This document shows positions 26,021-38,479 of a stretch of 45,554 bases of DNA, in pieces. The stretch is taken from assembly GCF_006345805.1 (NCBI RefSeq), contig NW_021834704.1:1-45554 (forward strand), given 5' to 3'. The stretch comes from Octopus sinensis. Its lineage: Eukaryota. Under the pieces are notes generated by a model that saw only the letters and a list, made by a program, of their open reading frames with translations, did not search any database and was not told where the DNA came from. The position numbers and the translations under genes were made by a program. Within the stretch, counting starts at the first letter, position 1; each line of letters starts with the position of its first letter.

Positions 26021-26173
26021 TAAATAGGGAAAACAAAGCAAAAATAATTATCATCTCAAAGAGGAAGTCATCTGGAAATAATAATAAAAAATATATAATC
26101 TACGAGAAATAACTTAACTTTTAGATCTACTCTTTATCACCATCAGTCTCTCTCTACTTGTTACCACGCTTTT

Positions 26174-26216
<43 letters not shown>

Positions 26217-27421
26217 GTATATGTATTATCTTTCATACATTCATTTTGTTTAAAACTTTTATTCACTGCAGCCATGCTGGAGCACTGCCTTGAGATAACT
26301 TACCTCTGTGATATTTTTGATACAAATAATTTCTTCCAGATTTTGAATTTATTATGTGTGTATGTGTACGTGTGGCGTATATAGATGTTTGTCCATGTGA
26401 GATGATTTTTTATAAATTATGATATCACCATTATAACATCAAATAAATTGCAGTTAAATGCACGTCTTTCAAAGTAATCCAAATTTCATTCCCTAAATAT
26501 AAACAATTTGTATGGAATTACTTTCAAATCTATACATATAGATATACATTCATATATACAGGCACACATAATTTAATGCAACCCCATATATATATATGCT
26601 CCCCACTGTCAAAAGTTATTGCCAACATCATACTTATAGTATCGCTGTAGCCTTCTTCCCAACTTGTGTACCGCACTCCCTCAATTGTTACAGATGTTGC
26701 AACTTCCATGCCACAAACCCTAGCAGACCATGACTACCACAGCCAGCTACAGCTCCTGCTGCTTCAAGAGCCACCTCGATGCCTGATCTCCTCAGAAATA
26801 CTTGTGTATCACCAGATTCATAGTTGGTCAAGAGGCTGGTAGGTTACCTCAAGTTCTAAAGTTAGCGTTGACAAAAACAGGATTGGGTTGAGAATAAGAA
26901 TCTCCTCCAAAATGTTTATTATCAATTTTATGAAAATAATCTTTATCTGGACATTTGAAAACTCATCTCTGTAAAGTTTAATTTAAAGAAACCATTATTG
27001 AAAAGCTAACAAGGAATCAGTCTAGTGTGGGGGCACTAAACTGTACATATGCCTCATGTTCTTGCTTTGTGGTCCCTTCTGTTTTGTATTTGGGGGGGGG
27101 GTCATTGTTTCTGTACATATTTGACAACTTTACAATATTCCTGAGTATAAAATAATAACTTCTGTCATTGTATAACGTATTTAATGAGGGAAGCATTTAA
27201 AATACAATAAACAATAAAATATGCTGTTAATTACAGGATGCGATATTCAAGAAAGAATAATGTGTGGGGTTGTCAGGAAGAGGAGATTTGGTATAGAGGC
27301 CCTTAGAACACGGAAAGGAAACTGCATAAACAAATGGAAAAAATCTAAAATTCTTGGAAATACTTTCATCACAATTTACAACAGAGGAATATTAAATATA
27401 GCAAACAAGAAACCATGGAAA

Positions 27422-27870
27422 CTACCCTTTTCCTTTCTCCCCTGTTTGAATATGTTTGTGTCTTTTGAAGTCAGTACTTTGAGAGAATGATTTACCACGG
27501 ACATCACAGTGGTACGCTTTCTCTCCTGTATGAATATGTTTGTGTGTAGATAAGGCAGCACGTTGAGAGAATGATTTACCACAGATATCACAATGAAATG
27601 GTTTCTCACCAGTATGAATATTTCTGTGTCTTGGTAATTGACTACTGTCAAATGATTTACCACAGATATCACAATGATATGGCCTCTCTCCAGTATGAAT
27701 ATATTTGTGTGTAGATAAGTGAACACCGCTAGAGAATGATTTACCACAGATATCACAATGATACGGTTTCTCTCCTGTATGAATATGTTTGTGCATCATT
27801 GGGTTACTTTTTCGAAAAAAAGATTTGTACAGATACCTCAGTAATATGAACTCATCTCTTTTATGAGGTG
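27422..27870 (-). pseudogene. C2H2 zinc-finger array, cephalopod type; four recognisable fingers plus a broken first finger; probably pseudogenised
   Basis: ORF 27422-27799: HKHIHTGEKPYHCDICGKSF repeats. Finger 2 lacks one codon and the last finger has C>R and H>Q. The upstream finger has TGT>TGA and a 1-nt deletion. A putative last-exon acceptor 'tttctctataatttcag' has its AG at 28257-28258. Confidence 0.85.
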
Positions 27871-29789
27871 TTAAGGGAAAAATCTATTCTATAATTTTTT
27901 TCTCTCTCTTTTCTCTTACTTTTCCTCTCAAATCCCAGTCAATATATTTTCCTTGCTTTCGTTTTTATACTTTGTTCCTTACATACACTTCTGCTGCTGT
28001 ATTTCTGCCCAGTGTGACCTTTGTTTAGTAACCCTTTCATAAATTTATCAAACTTTAATCATGACACAGTCTTATCTTCTTGACATTCCAGTCAATAATG
28101 TTCAGAAATTTGGCTAAATATATTATTTCAGAGCAAATGTTTCACAGGAATTCTTCTACAGATTTGTAAAAACAATGTTATACATGTTTTGTATATTTTC
28201 GTTTAGTCTTTAAAACATGGTAGACATTGATGATGCTTCTTCTGTCATCTGATGTTCTGAAATTATAGAGAAACAGCAGTGTAAAATGTGGAGGCTACTT
28301 AAAAAATACAGATTCAATTCTATGGAGATAAACTGTAGAAACAAACATTTACCTTAACAACTGAGCTGGATGCCAACAGCTCCATAAAGAAATGCCAATC
28401 TCTCAAAGTAGATGGGAGTGGGACACCCAAGTAGATATGGGAGAGTTTCAGGTGATATGATAAAGACAAAGGTGCCTGGCACCCAGCTGTACCCAAGAAG
28501 ACCTGTACTCCACAGCAGAAATATTCAGACTCATCCGTCTGGTGGTAAAAAACACTTGTGACCTTTCTTCATAAAAGCAGATGTGCAGTGCCATGTTAAA
28601 GTGGCACCACATTAAAGCAACTCTGTGGTGGCACATAAAATTGCCTGTGCAGTGCCACATAAAAGCAACCTGTGAACTGTGAGGTGGTTGGCACGAGGAA
28701 GGGCATTTAGCTCTCGGAACCATAAAAATTCACACTGGAGTGTGCTGCAGCTCCCCAGCTTGCCAGCCCTGCTCAAACCATCGAATCGCTTCCAGTATAG
28801 AGGTCGAAAGATGACGATGAACTTCATTTATTAAAATTTACATCATAGAATCTTGTGTGAAGCTTCTATATTTCTCAACTCCACTGACACCTTCACATTG
28901 TGTAAGGGTTTTAAAATAAAACTACAGAATGGTGGACGCTAACATTAGTCTTTCTCCAGAAATATAACTTTTTGTTTAGATCCAGGTCAGTTCTGACTGA
29001 ACAGACATGTGATTATAGACATTCCATCCATGAACATCCTGTCTATTTCTCTAACATTCTATATATATAATCATGTCATCCAATACAATCTTCAATATTT
29101 GTAACCCATAGGAGAAATTGAAGAGAAATGAGCTGTTATTTCTAGTAGGTCATGTTGTCACATGGAGAACTGCCGGAACTAAAATTTTTGTGACAGATGA
29201 AGCAAGATTAAACATTGATGAATTATGAAAAGCCAAGAAAATTAGGAAAAAAAATTTTGAACAACTTTGATTTCCAACCATGTGATTTCAAGTTCAGTCT
29301 CACAGAGCAGCACCTTGAGCAAGGGTCTTCTTTAATAGCAGCATCTAAAGCTATCTGAGTGGATTTGATAGACAGAAACTCAAAGAAGGTAGTCCTCTGT
29401 GTTTTTGTGTCTTCATATCACTTAACACATGTCAATGCACATCAACCTGAAAATATGTGCAGACATGGGGAAATATTACCTTGCTTGGAAACTAGTGAGG
29501 GTTCACAAGAAGAAGGCCACCAGGCAGAAAAATCTCTGTCTGACCCACAAAAGAATGGAAAAATGGATTTTCTTAGCAGGTACTTGTTTTGCACATCATA
29601 ATCATCATCTTCACCATCGGTTTATTGTGAAAACTTTTATGCTTCCATGAGTGAAATTCTTTTTCTGTACTATACACTTAAAAGGGTGGGGTAAAAAAAA
29701 CTCTTTTTCAACATACACAAAAAAGGCCATGAAATTGCTGAAAATTGCTGAAGTATATTTCCATCAATTATTTTCTGTTTGTGTCAGAT

Positions 29790-30920
29790 AAATTATTCTT
29801 TCGGCCCTGCTCGATCTGTAGAAAAGGCATAGGTAGAAACTCTATAAGATGCACAAAGTGTAAGCTATGGACATATAAGAGGTGCAGCAATGTCAAAGGA
29901 AGGCTGCTAAGTAGGAAGATAGTTTTAGTATGTGGCAGATGCTCAGGAGCAATAAACACTGAAAATGCTCTGAGACCAACTTCTGCCACATTCCAGGGAG
30001 AAAAACTAGAAATAGTTGATAGCTTCTGTTACCTAGGTGACCAAGTCAGTAGCGGGGGCGGGTGTGTTGAAAGTGTAACTGCTAGAGTAAGAATAGCCTG
30101 GGCAAAGTTCAGAGAGCTCTTACCTCTGCTGGTGACAAAAGGCCTCTCGCTCAGAATAAAAGGCAGACTGTATGATGCATGTGTACAAACAGCCATGCTA
30201 CATGGCAGTGAAACATGGGCCATGACTGCTGAGGATATGCGTAAGCTCGCAAGAAGCCAGTATGCTCCGATGGATGTGTAATGTCAGTGTTCATACTCGA
30301 CATAGTGTAAGTACCTTGAGAGAACAGCTGGACCTAAGAAGCATCAGATGTGGTGTGCAAGAGAGACGTTTGCGCTGGTATGGTCATGTGACGAGAATGG
30401 ATGAAGATAGTTGTGTGAAAAAGTGCCACACCCTAGCAGTTGAGGGAACCTGTGTAAGAGGTAGACCCAGGAAAACCTGGGACAAGGTGGTGAAGCACGA
30501 CCTTCGAACTTTAGGTCTCACCGAGGAAATGACTAGAGACCGAGACCCCTGGAAGTATGCTGTACGTGAGAAGACCCGGCAGGACAAGTGAGACCATAAC
30601 CCGTGGCCTCTACATGGGATGTAGCCAGTCCACTTATGCATATCTTTCCTTCTTGGGACACAAACCCTACTTGTGAAGGCCTGTTGAGTCAAGTGAAAAT
30701 CAAAATCAAAATCGAAATTGATCAACATCAATGGAAATTGTAGCTGTGATACCAGTGCCGATGGCATCTAAGAGAACCATCCGAACGTGACCGTTGCCAG
30801 CGCCGCCCCGACTGGCCTCGTGCCGGTGGCACATAAAATGCACCATCCGATTGTGGTCGTTGCCAGCCTCGTCTGGCCCCCGTGCCGGTGGACGTAAAAA
30901 GCACCATCCGATCATGGCCG
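29790..30920 (+). mobile_element. RTE LINE, 5'-truncated, with a PHD-like finger in ORF2 and a module-bearing 3' UTR
   Basis: CSICRKGIGRNSIRCTKCKLWTYKRC...CGRC, then VDSFCYLG, MLHGSETW, RLRWYGHV and RGRPRKTW; stop at 30589-30591; the UTR modules follow. Confidence 0.9.
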
Positions 30921-31425
30921 ATTACTGTATGCTCCCCCTTTATTGCTTTCTCTCTCCCCCTCCCTCCGCTCTCCCACCTCATTATATATTACTGTATGCT
31001 CCCCCTTTCTTGCTTTCTCTCTCCCCCTCCCTCCGCTCTCCCACCTCATTATATATTACTGTATGCTCCCCCTTTCTTGCTTTCTCTCCTATTCCCTCCG
31101 CTCTCCCACCTCATTATATATTACTGTATGCTCCCCCTTTCTTGCTTTCTCTCTCCCCCTCCCTCCGCTCTCCCACCTCATTATATATACTGTATGCTCC
31201 CCCTTCTTGCTTTCTCTCTCCCATTCCCTCCGCTCTCTCCACCTCATTATATATTACTGTATGCTCCCCCTTTCTTGCTTTCTCTCTCCCCCTCCCTCCG
31301 CTCTCCCACCTCATTATATATTACTGTATGCTCCCCCTTTCTTGCTTTCTCTCTCCCCCTCCCTCCGCTCTCTCACCTCATTATATATTACTGTATGCTC
31401 CCCCTTTCTTGCTTTCTCTCTCCCA
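30921..31425. repeat. 67-bp minisatellite x ~7.5
   Basis: Unit 'attactgtatgctcccc...cccacctcattatat' starts at 30921, 30988, 31055 and onward. Confidence 0.95.
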
Positions 31426-31789
31426 ATAGAAGCAAGGTTCGAGTCAACGGAACGTGCAAGGGAGTACTCGACTCGAACCTTGCAAATGGGAAATATTTTA
31501 TTTTTACCTTTATATCTGGGAGGTAGGATGTCCCGGATTAAAATTAAAAATGTCCCCCCAGAAGTAGAGGTAGGCTGGATTGTAGCCACACTTCTATACA
31601 AGAGCGAGGACAAGATACAATTGATCGAAATTACAAGAGACGGGCCTACAATTCCAGTCTGTTATATATTTTGAGTATTGTTATCACTAGCGATATCAAG
31701 ACATAGCTTTGTATTTTGTATTTTATGTGTAGATGTATATATATAGATGTACATGTAATATGTACATATATATACACATATATACATGC

Positions 31790-31829
31790 ACTAGCACTAT
31801 GAGCCAGCAACGACGGGTCATAGTGCTAG

Positions 31830-31830
<1 letters not shown>
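31790..31830 (+). mobile_element. Helitron-like 3' terminus (hairpin + CTAG|T)
   Basis: Perfect 13-bp inverted repeat ACTAGCACTATGA (31790-31802) / TCATAGTGCTAGT (31818-31830), ending CTAG followed by T. Confidence 0.5.
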
Positions 31831-31897
<67 letters not shown>

Positions 31898-34800
31898 TGG
31901 AGGCGCAATAGCCTGGTGGTTAGGGCAGCGGAATCACAGTTTCGATTCTGAGACCGGACGTTGTGAGCTTTTATTTAGCCAAAACATCTAAAGCTCCACG
32001 ATTCTCGGGCAGTGCGTGGTGGCGAACCCTGCTGTGCTCTTTCGCCACAACTTTCTGAAATTCGATCCCATTTTGTCACAAAAGAGGCAACTATGGGGTG
32101 CAAGAATGTCAATAATGTTAATAACTTTAGCTGTTCCTTGTAACACTACAACCTGATCTGCAGAAATTTTCTGTGACACAAACAACTCTCAGCGAATCAT
32201 GCGACGAGTGAAAGAAATAAGTATTTCATTCTGTCCCTCACAGATTCCTTCTGTGAATTGAAGGATTCCAATATACTTTCAAAACAACTGTATATGATTA
32301 ATTCTATAAAACGGAGACAAAATGTTTTAAATTTGTCTAGTATTCATACATTCAGACACCAAACAATTCTTATAAATTAAACGAACGGGTATTCTTTCAA
32401 TATTTTATCAAATCAATTCATTATATTTCCTCTTTTTCATGTGAAATTGTGTCGTTCTGAGAGGATTACTTATTTATGAATGCATGATACACCTTGAGGT
32501 TTGTGACTCTCCTCAGTTACATCATCATCATTATTTCCTCTGGTTTTATTCTTTGATTGACTTGACCAATCAGGGGCAATATATTTTCTCATTAATTAAT
32601 ATATGCTAATAACTGTCAGAATCTTTGCGCAAAACAAGATGAAGATCTCAATCACCAAAAGAATTGATTTGGGTCATCACAGTTGAAAGTTAAACATTTT
32701 AGTTTTATGGAATCAGTAAAAGAATTATATTTTCTCAGGTTTTCACACCTGGCCCTTTTAGAAATACATTTACTGCTACTGATTAAATTCGATACTAAAT
32801 ATGTTTCTCTTAGCTTATATAAAGAGTCACTTATTTCGTACAACTTTCAGGAAAAACAATCATGTTTATATTTTTCTTCTGTTTTAACATCACAAATAAT
32901 GTTTGAATATAATTTCGCTACCAGGTTTTGGAACTAAAAATCAGTGAAATATGTTAACAATTTATTTGAAATAATTTTATACAGAATTTGATACCAAATA
33001 ATTTGTTTTAATACTAATAAGTACCCTGCGCGCAAGCGAAAGTAAGGTATTGTGGTCGCTCGTCGTGGTCTGTTTGTGTTTTAGAAACAATAACTGGACA
33101 ACAGCTGAACAAATTTTCACCAAATTCAGCAGAAATACGCAGTGGATAAATGACTAAAATTGATGAAAATCTGGTTTGATTATCTTCAAAACTGGCGGAT
33201 GGGTGAATCAAAATGTTTTGACTGTGAATATGTTTTGCAAAAGAAATTATGAACGCAGGTTATGCATCGTTGTGGCAAGTTCTCAGTACAAGAAGCTAAT
33301 AGCAGCACAGAAACAAAAAACATGTATTATGTTTATTAAATACTATTTTTCACTCACCAGATGGGGCACGGAATAGTACACAATATATATATGTGTGTGT
33401 GTGTATGTGCGTGTGCGAGTGAGTGTATGTATGTGTTTGTGTGTGATTTGAATCGACCATTGTCTTCATGTGTACAGATCATGGTGTATCTAAGTACGTA
33501 GACACGTGTAGGTACACACATACATAAATACATACACAGATATGCGACTCTGTGTGTGTGTGTGTGTGTGTGGTGTGTGTTCAGTGATGGATGCGAGAGT
33601 TTCGTTTATTTACGAGTTGATTTCTTAATTTCACCAGAATGTATATACCTATAATGGTGATACTTAAAACAAAAAAAAAATGAAATAAAATCGAGCTTAC
33701 GAATTTCCCGATCAGCAAGTAGCCATATTATTTATATCCTGCGTTTGATTCTCTTGCCTTCATTGAAAAACGTTGAAAACACTTCTGAAATTCTATGCAA
33801 TATTTTCTATACTTATTTCATTTTGTTCACTTTCGTTTTCATAATCATAATTTTTATTTGAATAACCATTTATTTAGTCATTTGCAAATTTTACTTTTAC
33901 GGTTTGCCGTAGACATCGGTCAAGTCCACTTTTAGCTGTCATCTTCTTAGACTTTCAATCGTCTTTTAGGCAAACAATTACAAAGCTTAAGTTAGTTCAA
34001 TGCAAAAGTATGTCTAAGAAACGCATTGTAAGCCATACTATAATTTGAGAAAAAAAAACTTTATCTGCGCACAGGGTATGCATCACCCCTCAAATGCCTT
34101 TTTTCTTTTCCCTCTCAATAGCAATTTCTTATCAATTTCCGAATTAAAATTGAGGCAATTTAAATAGTTTTGTATTTAATTTCCAAATTAAACCAGATTT
34201 ATTAACTCCTATCAGAAAAGAATCCTACAACCAGTGGATAATGACTATGTGTCTTACAATCTTGTTTCATTAAATTATGTACGGTAGAGCTTTCTGTCAC
34301 ATCCCACAATTTTATAGACAAAGGAAGTCCACCAAGGAAGCTTCAAGTGTTTTACTTCTTTAAAAACTTTTCTACGTCTATGGTGCAAAAAATTATGAAA
34401 TTAAAATAAAAATTAAAATGCGATAACATCCGAGTAGTATGATGTTAAAAATTGTTGGGCAAAATAGAACTTTTCCATTATCTCAATTTATTCCGATACT
34501 GTGGGCTCACTGTGACTTTTCCTCAATCACATGAAATTACAGTAACAAATACTGTGATGTTATTTCATTATGACAGTTATACTTAAATTTCAATTTATTA
34601 AAACTCGGTAGCTAGAAAATAAAGAGCAGCCTAGAGCTAGAATACAAAATATAATGATTCTTAATTGCACTCACAACCCCATGAAGTTTTATACAAGCAT
34701 CCCCACTTTAAACTGGTCTTAAACCATAACAGAACAAAGAGAGATATCATTTATTATATAGAAATACTATCTCTATGTGATATATATTCATAGAAAAAAA

Positions 34801-35206
34801 AAACATCAATGTATGTATACCAGACATTTTGTTCTAAGCTATAAATGAAGGGAGATAACTATTAATTTGGCAGAGGATATTAAAACTGTCTAAATAACAA
34901 TGAAAGTGTTTAGGGAAGTGATTATATATACAACAACAGCAACAACAACAAACGGATATTTCAAAGTTTATCTTTATTTCAAAAGCTAATTTCTAACAAA
35001 GGAACCAAACCAGTGAAGGGTATCTCTTATGTGAGAGATAGATCTGCTAGAATTAGTAGCTAAATCCACTGCACTCCACACCTCATCATTGTAAAGGAGG
35101 ACAAATTGGAGAATGTGGTTCTTGGTTCTCTATACTTTGGTCAAAGGTCTCTCTCTTTGGTCAGCATTCACCTGGGAGTAAACAACAGTAGAATTTACAC
35201 AGAAAT

Positions 35207-35412
35207 TCACCGTTCATATAATGAGAGATACTCAAGGGCAGCAAAGCACTCAGCATCTTTAAGGCCTCTTCTGAGGGTCTCAACTGTACGTTCCTCTGGT
35301 TTACAATTTATAAACCACTCACAAAGCATTTGATAACTCTGTTTTACTGTGTCATGAGGAAAATCGTTCTTGATAATATCCTGGTCAATTGCTGGAACTC
35401 CTAGAAAAATAC
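35207..35412 (-). CDS. Death-domain protein, terminal coding exon (helices ~3-6)
   Basis: Acceptor 'gttgtatcttttgcag' (AG at 35413-35414). The phase-1 exon encodes (G)IFLGVPAIDQDIIKNDFPHDTVKQSYQMLCEWFINCKPEERTVETLRRGLKDAECFAALEYLSLYER*, with the death-domain pattern LG...I...FP.....Q...ML..W......T...L...L. Confidence 0.8.
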
Positions 35413-36169
35413 CTGCAAAAGATACAACGACAGAAAATAACAGCAACAACAACATTAACAATAATACAAAGACTATGTACTGTAAGTTATAAATATAACA
35501 AAGAATCTACATCAATAGAGAAATAACGAAATAAATAAGAAACACGAAAACTATAAGACATTGTTCTCTATTTTTAAGAATGTTGACAAAAATAACAAAG
35601 AGGTTAAAATAAAGAAGTAAGAAGAAGAAATATTAAAAAGAATGAAGGATTTGAGAAAATGTATGGTAAACAGCTGACAGGAGCAGTATTTGTGTGGAAA
35701 ATATGCTTTTTTAAGGAAGGCTTTGAAAAACCATCTGATAACATCAACGCTGGAAATAATGATGTGTGATACCCCTTCCTCGTCTGGAATATCAACATTT
35801 AGACATATCTGGAAAGTGGGGACTGAGTTGACAAACATTACCTGTAATATTCGGTACACGGTGACCAATTAAATAAAAAATAGACAAGATACCAGAATGA
35901 TCACAATGACACAAAAAATATAATATTTCTTAGTTCTCCTCAAATATTATAGAAGACACGAAATTAATTTTCTTGGTTAATGACTCATAATAAGGATTTC
36001 TTTCACTGGATCAAGGCCACAATGGAGAGAGATGTCGACAATGGAGTAAACCTAGCAATGAATAGAGTTTTAATTAACAGGAAAGAAGTGGGTAAGTAGG
36101 AATTCTATAAGCCAAGGTGATGCAGTGGGACCAGAGGTATGTTCACAGGGTAGAGGAAATACTTTGTCA

Positions 36170-36620
36170 TTAGCAGATATACGGGGGTCGCTATAGTAAG
36201 AACAACTATGGAAGTTGTAGTTGATGGTTTCTGTTACCTTGGTAACATAATTAAAAGTGGAGGAAACTATTTTGCATTCATACTATTTAGAGCAAAAGAT
36301 GAGGTGAAAATGCACAGTTAGCTATTATGGCTGTTGGTAACAAAGAGGTTCCGTTTCCAAATGAAGGGCAGATTGTATGATGCAATGATGCATTGAATAT
36401 GGAGGATGTATGAAAACTGGCAAGAAATTAAGAGAGCATTCTTTACTGGATGTGTAATGCTAATGTGTAGAAATCACAGAGAAAAAAATGAACTGGAAGA
36501 AAAACTAGGTGGTGCAGATATGGGAGGCGTACGGAAGATACAAGCTGGATAAAGAAGTACCAGGAAATCCAGATGGAAGTAAACAAGAAGTTAAAGCTGT
36601 CAAAGGACGACAACAGCTGT
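36170..36620 (+). mobile_element. Highly decayed RTE fragment
   Basis: 'gaagttgtagttgatggtttctgttaccttgg' and 'aagggcagattgtatgatgc' match the 30.0-30.2 kb RTE. Confidence 0.6.
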
Positions 36621-37767
36621 GAGATAAGTAGTCTAACTCATTCAAACTTCGAGAAATGAAACAAGATGAGGATGATGATGATGATGATGATGAACCGTTG
36701 TTTGTGGATTGATTTTAGCCCAGTATATGACTGTTAGATTTTATATTAATTCCAAAGGTATAACATGTTCGACATGTCATAGATGATATCCTCTCTTAAT
36801 TTAGATAAACCATTTCTATCAGCTGACTGACAGGATATTGTCATGACTTCTTGTATCTAGGCTGGAAGGTTCAAATCTAGTCCCCGGCACTGCTCTATAT
36901 CCCTGCTAAAGGCGTCTCTCTATGATGCAGTCTACCTAGATGCATATAGGTACCATGGGAAGGCATTTGTGTAAATAATGGGAACATTGTATAAATGGTA
37001 TTTTATGTTGTTACACATTCAGACAAGGGGAAGTGGGTTATTGTGATGTTCATGCCTTTCCAAATGACTTTTGTAATGTAATGAAGAGTGAAGTGATTTC
37101 AAGTGAGAAACAAAATCAATTCGAATTTACATATGATGGCATAATTATTTTATAATTAGGAAGTGCTTCATTAACTTATAAGTACTGAGTTCAATCCAGC
37201 AATGAAGACAATCAACAATGTGATTTGTCTGTTTCGAGACAAGACAATAGGTTGACCTGGCGCTAAAGAATTACTATAAATATAGGAAAACAGACTGGCG
37301 AAAGGGCAGACTACAACATGTCACATAAAATGCACACTCTCCTGTTTAAAAAGTTCCATTTGGTAATTTGGTCCTTGTCTCCCAGGTGAAGCAGTTATGT
37401 CACACCTGGAACACCTTTCTTCATAATATTGCCAGATTAAGTCTACACAACAACAACAACAATCTATCATTAAATTAAGTAGAAACGTAAACAACGTAAA
37501 CAACAGAAGCGTCGCTATTAACTCACCTGTTTACCTTTAAATAACAAAAGAACTTCGTTCCTTGTATCAACTCTATTGTATTTTCTAATTTCACCAAGTA
37601 TGCAAAACTATGCTAATTTCGGTGAATATTTTATGAAGTTTCAGTAATATCTTTAGCTAACATTTCAACAGGAAATTACGAATGGAACTTTTTCTTTGTC
37701 ATTTTAACAAACAAAACTTCAAGTAATGGCAACATTTATAGAAAGCAAATAGGTATTCTATACTCAC

Positions 37768-37839
37768 CTGCTTGCTGCCAGTTGCTCCCTAACTTCTCTG
37801 CTGCTCTTTTGAGATACTTCCCATTCAGGTTTCGAGACT
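37768..37839 (-). CDS. Death-domain protein, 72-nt phase-1/1 exon (helices ~1-2); module A
   Basis: Acceptor 'ggaaatacttatttcag', donor 'gtgagt'. Encodes (E)SRNLNGKYLKRAAEKLGSNWQQA(G) and joins in frame to 35412, giving the canonical ...KLGSNWQQAGIFLG... stretch. Confidence 0.8.
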
Positions 37840-37986
37840 CTGAAATAAGTATTTCCAAATTTTACACTTCACAGTAAAATCTCTTTGTCTCTGTTAATTG
37901 GTCTTTATTTTATTAGTGTATTTTATATTGTAAGACATTCCTATTATCAATGGTCAATATTTAGATCCACAACTAAATAGACTCAC

Positions 37987-38006
37987 CTTCCCTAAACTTC
38001 TTGTAT
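37987..38006 (-). CDS. Candidate mini-exon (20 nt, or 33 nt if it starts at 38019) upstream of the death-domain exon
   Basis: Donor GAAG|gtgagt and acceptor 'ttttaatag'. It reads YKKFRE in frame with the next exon. The start is ambiguous. Confidence 0.4.
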
Positions 38007-38479
38007 CTATTAAAATATCCTACATTATCAATTAACTTAGCAGTTATCTGATTTAATTATTACTCGACGAACTAGTTTACTTCTGTACCACAATTCTCTA
38101 AGTCGTACGTAAAGCTTATAACAGAATCCTGTACAAATACTTGTACACCTTCTATGGTATACTATCGCCTTCTGGGGCACCCATTGCTCTTGCCTTCTTC
38201 ACACAGCTATCTGATTGGTGTTGGTTGAAATCACTTTGCTGAAATTTGATTCGTAGTTTCATTCGATATTTCAAACCCTCCTTGAGCTGGAACTGCTGGC
38301 CTTGCTGTGGGTCACTGTAGGGATCCTGTATATACCTGTCCAGTTCATCCTCAGTACATTTTACACTACTTCACATAGCATCTGCATTTAGATTCCTATT
38401 AACATCATAAGGGTTCTGAAGGAGTTTTTCTCTAATCCAACCTCATTTCCTGTTTCAGTTGTTGCGGTCAGAGCGGATG

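Noticed and set aside
30794-31674. 200-240 aa Pro/Leu/Ser-rich ORFs
   Set aside because: Artefacts of the 67-bp pyrimidine-rich minisatellite.
33014-33211. 65-aa ORF as a gene
   Set aside because: No recognisable motif; length expected by chance.
35551-35872. Possible extra exon of the death-domain gene
   Set aside because: An AG acceptor exists, but the phase-1 frame hits a stop after ~16 codons and no good donor or recognisable domain was seen.
37321-37446. ORF DLIWQYYEERC... as a coding exon
   Set aside because: The acceptor is plausible, but no frame-preserving donor was found and the module-C counterpart is not conserved at protein level. Kept only as part of the splice-motif finding.
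38090-38470. Possible RLE-clade LINE fragment (YSDP-like motif)
   Set aside because: Too decayed to assign without a search.
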